Origin: Acidobacteriota bacterium
GTDB taxonomy: Bacteria; Acidobacteriota; Vicinamibacteria; Vicinamibacterales; CAVVIG01
Length of the DNA: 64,000 nucleotides
Direction: 5' to 3'
Assembly: GCA_028876655.1 (NCBI GenBank)
Contig: JAGWRA010000232.1
Coordinates: 639-64,638, forward strand
Below the pieces are notes generated by a model. It searched no databases, was not told where the DNA came from, and saw only the letters and a list, made by a program, of their open reading frames with translations. Made by a program: the position numbers and the translations under genes. Of this stretch, positions 8,718 through 19,635 are shown in pieces. Positions within the stretch are counted from its first letter, which is position 1. Each line of letters opens with the position of its first letter.

Positions 8718-11700
8718 TTCCCGGCATCCGCGGACAGCTCGTCTCGTCGTACTTCGCCGAGCACCATCTGGCCGACCGCTTCGGCGGTCGTCTCGGCGAA
8801 GCCACGCGGCCCGTGGCGCGGCGGCGGTTCGCCGCCTGGTGGGCCGCGTGCGAGCGGACGCTCGGACCGGCCTCGAGCCTGCGCGCGCTCTTCGATGTCG
8901 GGGCGCGGCCGCTGCTCGCCCTCCTCGGCCTCCCACCGGGACGGCTCGTGTGGCTGCCGGCGGGCGATGGGCTGCTGGCACCGCTGCCGGGTGCCGGGTC
9001 GGCGGCCGCACTGGTCGGCGCCTGGGACGCCGATCTCGGTCCGGCGTGGCGCGACGCCCGCCAGCACCTGGCGATGGACGTCGCCTGGGTACTCGCCTTC
9101 AACGGCCGGGCGCTCCGCCTCATCGAGGCGCCTCGGCCGTACGCGGCGCGCTTCCTCGAGTTCGATCTCGAGGCGGCGGCAGGCGACGAGCGGACGTTCT
9201 CCCTGCTCTGGGCCGTACTGCGGCGCGACGCCTTCGAGTCCTCCGCGGCGGCAGCCGGCGGCTGTCTGCTCGACGCGGTCCTCGAGACGGCCGCGCGGTA
9301 CGCGACGGGGGTATGCCGGTCGCTCCGCGACGGCGTGCTCACGGCGCTCGCCGAAATCCTGTCCGGCCTGGTCGCCACCGGCCACCCCGGACGCCGCCGG
9401 CGCCGGCCGGCGGCGGACGACGACCTCGACGCGCCGTTCGAACAGGCGCTCACGATCGTCTATCGCATCCTCTTCCTGCTGTTCGCGGAGGCACGCGGCC
9501 TCGTGCCGACCTGGCATCCGACCTACCGCGACAGCTACACGATCGAGGCGCTGCGCGACATGGCCGAGGGTTCCGGCGACGCGTCCGGCCTCTGGGAGTC
9601 GCTGCAGGCGATCGCGCGGCTGGCCGCGTCGGGCTGCCGCGCCGGCGATCTCGTCGTCACCCCCTTCAACGGGCGGCTGTTCTCGGCACAGCGGACGCCG
9701 CTCGCCGAGTCGACCCTCGACGACGAGCGGGCGCGGCGGGCGCTGGCGGCGCTGTCGAGCCGCACCGGCCGCGGTCAGAGACGGGAGCGGATTGCGTATC
9801 GCGACCTCGGCGTCGAGCAGCTCGGCGCGGTCTACGAGAGCGTCCTCGACTATCGTCCGCGGCGCGTCCAGGCGCCGGCGACCACGGTTCCGGCCGCGCC
9901 CGCTGCCGATCTCGTGCGGCTCGAGCGCCAGGGGGTCCGACGCAAGGCCACCGGCAGCTTCTATACGCCGCGCTCCATCACCGACTACCTGGTCCGCCGG
10001 ACGCTGGCTCCGCTCGTGCGCGGGGCCGGCCCGGAGGCCATCCTGTCGCTGCGCATCGTCGATCCGGCGATGGGCAGCGGGGCCTTTCTCGTCGCCGCCT
10101 GCCGCTACCTGTCGGCGCAGTACGAAGCGGCGCTGACCCGCCGCGGCGATTGCCGGCCCGAGGACATCGGCCCCGCCGATCGCAGCGCCTTCCGCCGGAC
10201 GATCGCGCTCCGCTGTCTCTATGGCGTCGACGCGAATCCGACGGCGGTGCAACTCGCGCGACTGTCCATCTGGCTCGCCACGCTGGCGGCCGACAAGCCG
10301 CTCACCTTCCTCGATCACCATTTCGTGACCGGCGACAGCCTCGTCGGCGCCTCGCTCGAGGACATCCGGCGTCAACCACCGGGACAACGGCGGCGGCCGG
10401 CCGTGCTGCCGCTGTTCGACGAGGACGCCGCGGGCGAGGCCCTGCGGGAGGCCTTGCCCGTGCGCGCGGGGCTGGCCGCGACGCCCGACGACACCGCCGA
10501 CGACGTCCGGCGCAAGGAGCGGGCGCTCGAGCGGCTGGCGGATCCCGAGGGCCTCCTCTCGCGATGGAAGGCGGCGGCCGACGCCTGGTGCGCCGCCTGG
10601 TTCCTCGACGACCGGCAGCGCCTGCCGCCCGGCCTCTTCGGCGAGTTGACGGACGCGATCGTCCGTGGCCGCTCGACGCTGCCCGCCGCGCTCGTCACGA
10701 CGTGGCGCACGCGGCTCGCGGCGGTGGCGGCCGCGAACCGCTTCTTTCACTGGACGCTCGAATTCCCGGAGGTCTTCTTCGACGAGGCGGGGCGGCCGCT
10801 CGCCGCCGGCGGCTTCGATGCGGTGATCGGCAACCCGCCCTGGGACATGCTGCGCGCCGACACGGGCGAACAGGCGGACCGCGAGCGGGCTGATGTCGGC
10901 CGCCGGATCGCGTTCGTCCGCGATTCCGGCCTCTACCGTGCGCGGTCGCACGGCCACCCGAATCTCTACCAGCTGTTCGTCGAACGGGCGCTGCGGATCG
11001 CGCGGCCCGGCGGACGGCTCGGGCTGGTCGTACCGTCCGGACTGTTCACCGACCACGGCAGTGCGGGCCTGCGGCGGCTGCTGCTCGAACGCTGCGACAC
11101 CGACGCGGTCGTCGGCATCGACAACCGGGCGGGCATCTTTCCGATCCACCGGAGCACGACGTTCCTGCTGCTGTCGACCACCGTCGGACGACCCACCGCC
11201 CGCATGGCCTGCCTCTTCCACGCGTCGCAGCCGGCGGCCCTCGACGCGCTGGACGACGACGCCTCCCGCGGGACGCGGGGGTACCCCGTGTCGCTCACGC
11301 CGGCCCTCATCCGCCGGCTCGGCGGCGACACGCTGACGATTCCGCTGCTCGCGACGGCCGACGACCTGGCGTTGACCGAGCGGCTGACGAGCTGCGCCCG
11401 TCCGCTGGCGGACCCGCTGGGCTGGGGCGCACGCTTCGGACGCGAGCTGAACGCCACCGACGATCGCGCGCACCTGCACGCCGGCGGCGGCGGCCTGCCG
11501 ATCGTGGAAGGGCGGCAGATCGAGCCGTTCCGGGTCGACCTCACCGCGTCGCGCCTGCGCATCGGGCGTCGCGCCGCGGCCCGCCTCGTCGATCCTGCCG
11601 CCACGTACGAGCGGGCACGGCTCGCCTACCGCGACGTGGCCGGCGCCACCAACCGGCTGTCGCTCATCGCGGCGGTGCTTCCCTCCGGCTGCCTCACGGT

Positions 11701-12064
11701 CCACACCGTCTTCTGCCTGAAGACACCGCTGCCCGACGAGGACCAGCTGTTCCTCTGCGGACTGCTGAACAGCCTCGTGCTGAACTACCTCGTGCGCCAG
11801 CGGATGACGACGCACGCGACGACGGCCATGGTGCACCGGCTGCCGGCGCCACGTCCGCCGCGGGCGTCGGACGACTTCCGGCGCGTGGTCGAGGCGGCGG
11901 GGGCGCTCGAGGCCGGCGCGGCCGCGCGGGAGGATCGGGCCAGGCTGCAGGCGGCGGTGGCACGGCTGTACGGTCTGACCCGGGCCGAGCTGCAGCACGT
12001 GCTGACGACCTTCCCGCTGCTCGACGACGGGGACAAGGCGGCGGTGCTCGCGGCCTGCAGCTGA
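8714..12064 (+). CDS. Type IIG / Eco57I / PglX-like N6-adenine DNA methyltransferase with a C-terminal TRD-like region (1116 aa)
   Basis: TGSFYTP (9950-9970), motif I DPAMGSGAF (10061-10087), motif IV NPPW (10832-10843). C-terminal LLNSLVLNYLVRQ-type specificity-domain signature. ATG 8714 chosen for the ATGA coupling; the upstream in-frame 8144-8713 extension is an Arg/Gly-rich shadow. Confidence 0.9.
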   Translation: MIPGIRGQLVSSYFAEHHLADRFGGRLGEATRPVARRRFAAWWAACERTLGPASSLRALFDVGARPLLALLGLPPGRLVWLPAGDGLLAPLPGAGSAAALVGAWDADLGPAWRDARQHLAMDVAWVLAFNGRALRLIEAPRPYAARFLEFDLEAAAGDERTFSLLWAVLRRDAFESSAAAAGGCLLDAVLETAARYATGVCRSLRDGVLTALAEILSGLVATGHPGRRRRRPAADDDLDAPFEQALTIVYRILFLLFAEARGLVPTWHPTYRDSYTIEALRDMAEGSGDASGLWESLQAIARLAASGCRAGDLVVTPFNGRLFSAQRTPLAESTLDDERARRALAALSSRTGRGQRRERIAYRDLGVEQLGAVYESVLDYRPRRVQAPATTVPAAPAADLVRLERQGVRRKATGSFYTPRSITDYLVRRTLAPLVRGAGPEAILSLRIVDPAMGSGAFLVAACRYLSAQYEAALTRRGDCRPEDIGPADRSAFRRTIALRCLYGVDANPTAVQLARLSIWLATLAADKPLTFLDHHFVTGDSLVGASLEDIRRQPPGQRRRPAVLPLFDEDAAGEALREALPVRAGLAATPDDTADDVRRKERALERLADPEGLLSRWKAAADAWCAAWFLDDRQRLPPGLFGELTDAIVRGRSTLPAALVTTWRTRLAAVAAANRFFHWTLEFPEVFFDEAGRPLAAGGFDAVIGNPPWDMLRADTGEQADRERADVGRRIAFVRDSGLYRARSHGHPNLYQLFVERALRIARPGGRLGLVVPSGLFTDHGSAGLRRLLLERCDTDAVVGIDNRAGIFPIHRSTTFLLLSTTVGRPTARMACLFHASQPAALDALDDDASRGTRGYPVSLTPALIRRLGGDTLTIPLLATADDLALTERLTSCARPLADPLGWGARFGRELNATDDRAHLHAGGGGLPIVEGRQIEPFRVDLTASRLRIGRRAAARLVDPAATYERARLAYRDVAGATNRLSLIAAVLPSGCLTVHTVFCLKTPLPDEDQLFLCGLLNSLVLNYLVRQRMTTHATTAMVHRLPAPRPPRASDDFRRVVEAAGALEAGAAAREDRARLQAAVARLYGLTRAELQHVLTTFPLLDDGDKAAVLAACS

Positions 12065-12078
12065 TCGACCTCATCCAA

Positions 12079-12131
12079 TCCGCATGGGGCCCCACCCCCA
12101 TGCGCTGCCGTCGCTCACGCTCCGGATCTTG
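12079..12131 (+). repeat. REP-like hairpin element, copy R3
   Basis: TCCGCATGGGGCCCCACCCCCATGCGCTGCCGTCGCTCACGCTCCGGATCTTG, near-identical to R1. Lies 15 nt after the methyltransferase stop. Confidence 0.85.
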
Positions 12132-12195
12132 ATAGCATCGACTCGCATTCAATTCGCCGGCGCCGGGACGTTGCGATATAGTCGGACATCGCGCC

Positions 12196-13737
12196 ATGCC
12201 CAACTACGGCTTCGCCATCGATCTGCGGAAGTGCATCGGCTGCCACGCCTGCACGATTGCCTGCAAGTCCGAGCATCAGATTCCCATCGGCGTGAACCGG
12301 TGCTGGGTGAAGACCGTCGAGAAGGGGACCTTTCCCGACACGCGCCGGTTCTTCTTCCCGGTGCTGTGCAACCAGTGCGACGAGGCGCCGTGCGCGCGCA
12401 TCTGCCCGACGGGTGCGCTCTTCAAGCGGCGCGACGGCATCGTCGATCTCCACGGCGACTCGTGCATCGGCTGCCGCGCCTGCATGGTGGCGTGTCCGTA
12501 CGATCAGCTGTTCATCGATCCGAACACGCACACCGCCGAGAAGTGCAACTTCTGCGCGAACCGGATCGAGAACCGGCTCGAGCCGGCGTGCGTGAGCGTC
12601 TGCCCGACGCAGTGCCGCATCTTCGGCGATCTCGACGATCCGACGAGCGAGGTCGCGATCATCGCGCGGTCGCAGGCGGTCACCGTCCGGAAGCCCGAGA
12701 AGGGGACGCGGCCGCGGGTGATCTACCTGGCTGCCGAGGACAGCGCGATCCGCCCCGAAACGGCCGCGCGGCCGCTGTGGTTCAAGGAAGGCCAGGTGCG
12801 GCTGCGCCCGCTGGCTTCCCCGGCCGAGGATCCCGCGCGGCCCGGTGCGCCGCGCGTCGACTACGACATGCCCCATCACAAGCCGTGGGGCGTCGACATG
12901 GCGATCTACCTGCTGACCAAGGGGATTTCGGCGGGCGCGATGCTGCTGAGTGCGCTGCTGTGGTGGCTCGGCGTCCGCGACGTCCTGACGACCCTCGTGG
13001 GGCCGGCCATCGCGCTGGCGGCCGTGGTCGCGACGGCGGTCATCCTGGTGATCGACCTGGAGCGGCCCGAACGGTTCCTCTACATCCTGCTCCGGCCGAA
13101 CTGGCGGTCGTGGATGGTCTGGGGGGCGTACTTCCTGACGGCGCACGGCGGCCTCTGCACGCTGTGGCTGCTGGCCGCCTGGTTCGGCTGGCCGCTCGCG
13201 CTGACCGCGCTGGTGGTCCCGGTCGTCGTGATGTCCGTGCTGGCCACCTGCTACACGGGCTTCCTCTTCGCGCAGGGTCTGGCGCGCGATCTCTGGCAGG
13301 GACCGCATGCGGCCTTCGACCTGCTGGCGCAGGCGCTCGCCGAGGGCTCTGCCGTGCTGCTGCTGGCGATGCTGGGGCTGCAGGTGGCCGGTGCGCCGGA
13401 CACGGCCGCGGCCGCGCCGTTGAGCTGGGTGCTGCTCGGGGCGCTCGGCGTGCACCTGCTGTTCATCGTCTTCGAGAACCTGCTGGCGCCGAGCGCGTCG
13501 CGGCATCACGAACTGGCGGTCGACGCGATCCGCCGCGGCCCGTTCGCCCGGCTCTTCTGGGGCGGCGCCATCGTCACCGGCGGCCTGCTGCCGATCGTGC
13601 TGCTGGCCCTCACGCTCGGACCGGGCGGCGGCCCGATGCTGCCCGCGCTCGCGGCAGCCGCCCTGCTGGCGCTCGCCGGCAGCTTCGCCTGGGAGTACAT
13701 CTGGGTGGAAGCCGGCCAGAGCGTGCCGCTGTCGTGA
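12196..13737 (+). CDS. Fused 4Fe-4S ferredoxin (PsrB/NrfC-like) and NrfD/PsrC-like 8-TM membrane subunit of a molybdopterin oxidoreductase
   Basis: N-terminal half has four Cys clusters (CIGCHACTIAC, CNQCDEAPC, CIGCRACMVAC, CNFC...C). C-terminal half has about 8 hydrophobic helices. No signal or Tat motif. Confidence 0.85.
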   Translation: MPNYGFAIDLRKCIGCHACTIACKSEHQIPIGVNRCWVKTVEKGTFPDTRRFFFPVLCNQCDEAPCARICPTGALFKRRDGIVDLHGDSCIGCRACMVACPYDQLFIDPNTHTAEKCNFCANRIENRLEPACVSVCPTQCRIFGDLDDPTSEVAIIARSQAVTVRKPEKGTRPRVIYLAAEDSAIRPETAARPLWFKEGQVRLRPLASPAEDPARPGAPRVDYDMPHHKPWGVDMAIYLLTKGISAGAMLLSALLWWLGVRDVLTTLVGPAIALAAVVATAVILVIDLERPERFLYILLRPNWRSWMVWGAYFLTAHGGLCTLWLLAAWFGWPLALTALVVPVVVMSVLATCYTGFLFAQGLARDLWQGPHAAFDLLAQALAEGSAVLLLAMLGLQVAGAPDTAAAAPLSWVLLGALGVHLLFIVFENLLAPSASRHHELAVDAIRRGPFARLFWGGAIVTGGLLPIVLLALTLGPGGGPMLPALAAAALLALAGSFAWEYIWVEAGQSVPLS

Positions 13738-13746
13738 ATGCCCGTC

Positions 13747-13775
13747 GGGATTGGGGATTGGGGATTCGGGATTGG
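13747..13775 (+). repeat. Tandem heptamer array H1 (GGGATTG-type, ~4 units)
   Basis: GGGATTG GGGATTG GGGATTC GGGATTG G, 10 nt after the stop at 13737. Confidence 0.8.
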
Positions 13776-13844
13776 CGCACGTCGCACGGACAGATCGCAC
13801 AGCGCCTGCGGCCGCGCCGAGCGGCCCGCCCGCGAGGCGCCGGC

Positions 13845-13866
13845 GCATGGGGGTGGGGCCCCATGC
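13845..13866 (-). repeat. REP-like hairpin core, copy R4 (reverse orientation, hairpin only)
   Basis: GCATGGGGGTGGGGCCCCATGC is the reverse complement of the R1/R3 hairpin. Lies between two subunit genes of the same oxidoreductase. Confidence 0.7.
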
Positions 13867-13914
13867 GCACTGAATGATGCCGACGCCCACACCTTCTGAA
13901 GCCATCGACCTCTT

Positions 13915-16683
<2,769 letters not shown>

Positions 16684-16805
16684 GGGCTACAGACTGTGGG
16701 CTCCAGGCTACGGGACCCGAGAAGCCCATAGTGATCTGTTGAAGGATGCGCGGCGCGACTACAGGAGCGCCGAGCGCAGCCCCGAAGCCCGGAGCCCGTA
16801 GCCGA
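16684..16805. repeat. Inverted pair of heptamer arrays H2 (GGGCTAC-type) between convergent genes
   Basis: Left arm GGGCTAC AGACTGT GGGCTCC AGGCTAC GGGACCC (from 16684). Right arm CCCGAAGCCCGGAGCCCGTAGCC (to 16805) is its imperfect reverse complement, so the pair can form a long hairpin. Confidence 0.7.
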
Positions 16806-16819
16806 TCTGCGTGAGTCCC

Positions 16820-17128
16820 CTACCCGAAGATCCCCACCAGCAGGCTGCCCAGCAGCGTGACGAGCACGATCATCGTCAGCAGGACGAACAGCCAGTCGTG
16901 CTCGCGCGCGTACTCGTAGACCGACACCACGACGCGCAGGACGGGCGTGGAGAGCAGCACGATCAGCCCGACGTGGATGACCGCGACCGACAGGCCGCGC
17001 GTGGCCGGGACCTGCCGCAGGATGAGACCGGCGGCCAGGCAGAAGGCGCTCACCGTCACGCCGGTTTTCAGCACCACGCCGATGAGCCGCTCCAGTTGGT
17101 CGTCGCGATCGTGACTCACCGGATTCAT
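16820..17128 (-). CDS. DUF1634-family small membrane protein
   Basis: 102 aa with hydrophobic segments (GVVLKTGVTVSAFCLAAGLIL; WLFVLLTMIVLVTLLGSLLVGIFG). ATG 17128 overlaps the TauE stop (ATGA). Partners TauE, as is typical for DUF1634. Confidence 0.75.
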   Translation of the reverse strand: MNPVSHDRDDQLERLIGVVLKTGVTVSAFCLAAGLILRQVPATRGLSVAVIHVGLIVLLSTPVLRVVVSVYEYAREHDWLFVLLTMIVLVTLLGSLLVGIFG

Positions 17129-17958
17129 CGCAACCCCCGCCACAGCATGGTTGCCGAGACGACGAAGAGCACGATGGCCATCAGCAGCTTCAGCCACTTC
17201 GCCTTCGCGCGGGCGGCCAGGTGGATGCCGCCCCAGGATCCGATCTGCACGCCGACGACGGCCGCGGCTGCGAGGACGGGAATCAGCCGTCCTTGCCCGT
17301 AGTAGATGACGGCGCCGGCGGTGGCGGTCACGCCGATCATGAAGGCGCTGGTCGCCGCGGCCGCGCGCATCGGCACGCCACACCAGGCGTTCAGCACCGG
17401 CACCTTGACGACCCCCCCGCCGATGCCGAGCAGCGACGAGATGTTGCCGGCGATGAACGACGCGGCCAGCCCGAGCGGCAGCCGCTTCACCTGGTAGGTC
17501 ACCCACCCGCCACTCTCGTCCTCGTGGAAGCGGCCGCCGAGCCGGCCCGGCGAGACGTCAGGATCGAGGATGACGTTGCGCCGCGTCATCCGCCGGATCA
17601 TCGCGACCGCCGTCAGGGCGGTGACGATGCTGAAGAGGATCCGGAGCGTCGACTGCGACATCTCCTGCGCGGTGATGCCGCCCAGCAGCGCGCCGGCCGC
17701 GGTCGCCACCTCGAGCGTCATCCCGAGGCGCATGTTGATGAGGTGGCGTCCGGAGCGGGCGGCCGACACCGAGCTCGACGTGGCGATGACGGTCGTGAGG
17801 CTGATGGCGGCCGCTGCCTGGTACGGAAAGCCCAGCAGCAGGTTGAGGAACGGAACGAGGAAGACGCCGCCGCCGATGCCGAGCATGGCGCCGAGCAGGC
17901 CGGCCACCGCGCCGGCGAACAGCGTGAGGGCCTCGATGGTGAGGGTGACCGGCGGCAT
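17125..17958 (-). CDS. TauE/SafE-family sulfite/anion exporter (DUF81)
   Basis: Repeated LGIGGG(V/G) motifs (GAMLGIGGGVFLVPFL and SLLGIGGGVVKVPVL) and about 7-8 TM helices. Confidence 0.9.
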   Translation of the reverse strand: MPPVTLTIEALTLFAGAVAGLLGAMLGIGGGVFLVPFLNLLLGFPYQAAAAISLTTVIATSSSVSAARSGRHLINMRLGMTLEVATAAGALLGGITAQEMSQSTLRILFSIVTALTAVAMIRRMTRRNVILDPDVSPGRLGGRFHEDESGGWVTYQVKRLPLGLAASFIAGNISSLLGIGGGVVKVPVLNAWCGVPMRAAAATSAFMIGVTATAGAVIYYGQGRLIPVLAAAAVVGVQIGSWGGIHLAARAKAKWLKLLMAIVLFVVSATMLWRGLR

Positions 17959-17967
17959 GAGGCCGGT

Positions 17968-17976
17968 ATTAAATCA
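17968..17976 (-). promoter_or_regulatory. Possible extended -10 element (TGATTTAAT) for the TauE gene; would give a near-leaderless mRNA
   Basis: The reverse complement of 17968-17976 reads TGATTTAAT, about 10 nt upstream of ATG 17958. No clear -35. Confidence 0.25.
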
Positions 17977-18061
17977 CGGTTCCCGCACGGTCACAACGGA
18001 CCGCGAGACCGGGCACGAGATGTTGCCGTCTGTCACAGCCCTCGTCGGTCCCGACGCGGCG

Positions 18062-18487
18062 CTACCGCAGCAGCAGCAGGCCGGCCAGCGTCAGCACGAG
18101 CACGAAGAATGTCACCACCGTGTAGAGCAGGTCGCGTTCCTCGACCAGGAACAGCACCATCGAGGTGGCGACGCGGAGGATGGGGGTGAAGACCAGCAGG
18201 TAGATGCCCAGTTCGATGACGGCCTGCCCCCGCAGGTCGCGCAGCCCCTGCCACAGGTGGTGCGGGTTCCCGTCGAAGGCGGCGCGCTGCATCTGATCGA
18301 CGGAGACGGGACGGTGCAGGAAGCTGAGCGCCAGGCCGCACAGCATCACGACGACGCTCGTGACGACACCGACCCGCAGGATCCAGGCCGACGCGTCCTG
18401 AATCGTGAGCCCGCCCTCCGGTGCGAAGGCGGACGTCTCGCGCGCGGCGCGGTCGGACGGGCGGGAGCCGGTGGACATCTCGGTCAT
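18062..18487 (-). CDS. DUF1634-family small membrane protein (second copy)
   Basis: Same architecture as 16820-17128 (ILRVGVVTSVVVMLCGLAL; LLYTVVTFFVLVLTLAGLLLL). Lies directly downstream of the second TauE gene. Confidence 0.75.
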   Translation of the reverse strand: MTEMSTGSRPSDRAARETSAFAPEGGLTIQDASAWILRVGVVTSVVVMLCGLALSFLHRPVSVDQMQRAAFDGNPHHLWQGLRDLRGQAVIELGIYLLVFTPILRVATSMVLFLVEERDLLYTVVTFFVLVLTLAGLLLLR

Positions 18488-18509
18488 CTCTCCAGGAGCC
18501 GGGTCACGC

Positions 18510-19370
18510 TCAGAAGCGGACCCCGAAACCGCGCAGCAGCATCTCGACGCCGATCACGGCCAGCGCCACCGCAAAGACCTGCCGCACGTGGGCGTTGCTC
18601 ATCCGCTCCATCAGCTTCGTGCCGAGGAAGGCGCCCACCAGCACGGCCACGGCCACCGGTACCACCAGGTAGGGCAGCACCAGGCCGCGCTTCAGATAGA
18701 CGCCGGCCGCCGCCGCCGCCGTGACGCCGATCATGAAGTTGCTGGTCGCCGTCGACACCTTGCTCGGCACCTTCATGGCGATCTCGTGGGCCAGCACCTT
18801 CACGACGCCGGCCCCGATGCCGAGCAGGCCGGAAATCACGCCGGCGGCCCCCATCAGCCCCATGGCGGCCGGGATGCCCGTCACGTCGTAGGCGACCTCG
18901 CGCCCGAGCCGCTTGTCGTAGTAGGAGCCGTTCAGGCGCAGCCGCGCCGCCAGCCGGTCGTTGTGCACGCCTTCCGGCAGTTCCTCGCCGATCTTCATCA
19001 CGATCGGCAGGAGCGACACCAGCAGGATGGCCCCGAACAGGATCGACAGCATCTGCCCGTTCACCCACCGCGTGAGCACCGCGGCGCCGAACAGCGCGCC
19101 GGCGGCCGTCGACAGTTCGAGGAACATCGCAATGCGGATGTTCGTGATCCGGTCCTTGACGTACACCGAGCCGGCGCCGCTCGACACGGCGATCACCGAC
19201 ACGATGCTGGCCGCCACGGCGTCCTGAATCGGGATGCCGAGGAACAGCGTCAGCACCGGGACGATCACGATGCCGCCACCGAGGCCGCTGATCGCACCGA
19301 CGACGCCACCGGCGAGTGACGCGCCGGCTATCTTGGCCAGCCAGAGGAGTGAAGCGGTTTCGCTGAACAT
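18510..19370 (-). CDS. TauE/SafE-family sulfite/anion exporter (second copy)
   Basis: GAISGLGGGIVIVPVL and GLLGIGAGVVKV motifs. Start set at ATG 19370 (MFSETASLLW) because the longer ORF start adds a non-membrane Arg/Cys-rich tail. Confidence 0.85.
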   Translation of the reverse strand: MFSETASLLWLAKIAGASLAGGVVGAISGLGGGIVIVPVLTLFLGIPIQDAVAASIVSVIAVSSGAGSVYVKDRITNIRIAMFLELSTAAGALFGAAVLTRWVNGQMLSILFGAILLVSLLPIVMKIGEELPEGVHNDRLAARLRLNGSYYDKRLGREVAYDVTGIPAAMGLMGAAGVISGLLGIGAGVVKVLAHEIAMKVPSKVSTATSNFMIGVTAAAAAGVYLKRGLVLPYLVVPVAVAVLVGAFLGTKLMERMSNAHVRQVFAVALAVIGVEMLLRGFGVRF

Positions 19371-19427
19371 CGGCGATGTGAGCACGAGCCGCCGGGCGAT
19401 GACGGGCCCGGCCGGCTGACATGTGAA

Positions 19428-19492
19428 GAATGGCGGTGGGGTTCCGGAGCAGCTCCTGCACGACCGGAAGCGGCCGCGCGTTCCCACCATTC
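19428..19492. promoter_or_regulatory. Nested inverted repeats in the divergent TauE / rhodanese-MBL control region
   Basis: GAATGGCGGTGGG (19428-19440) pairs with CCCACCATTC (19483-19492). Inside are TTCCGG...CCGGAA and the palindrome GGAGCAGCTCC (19446-19456). Confidence 0.25.
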
Positions 19493-19635
19493 TACTTCAA
19501 CCGGGCCACCTCCGCCCGCACGGGCCACGGCCGGGCCGGCGCCGCTGATTTGGCTTGGCGAGAGCCGGCATCGCGGCCCTACAATGTGGGCAGACCGGGC
19601 GGTGTCCGGCAGGCCATCCGCCGGAAGGAGCGTCG

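Noticed and set aside
8273-11998. 1241-aa ORF on the minus strand, antisense to the methyltransferase gene.
   Set aside because: The product is Arg/Gly/Pro/Ala low-complexity with no motif. It is a typical shadow ORF of a very GC-rich coding region, and the plus-strand frame carries clear methyltransferase motifs.
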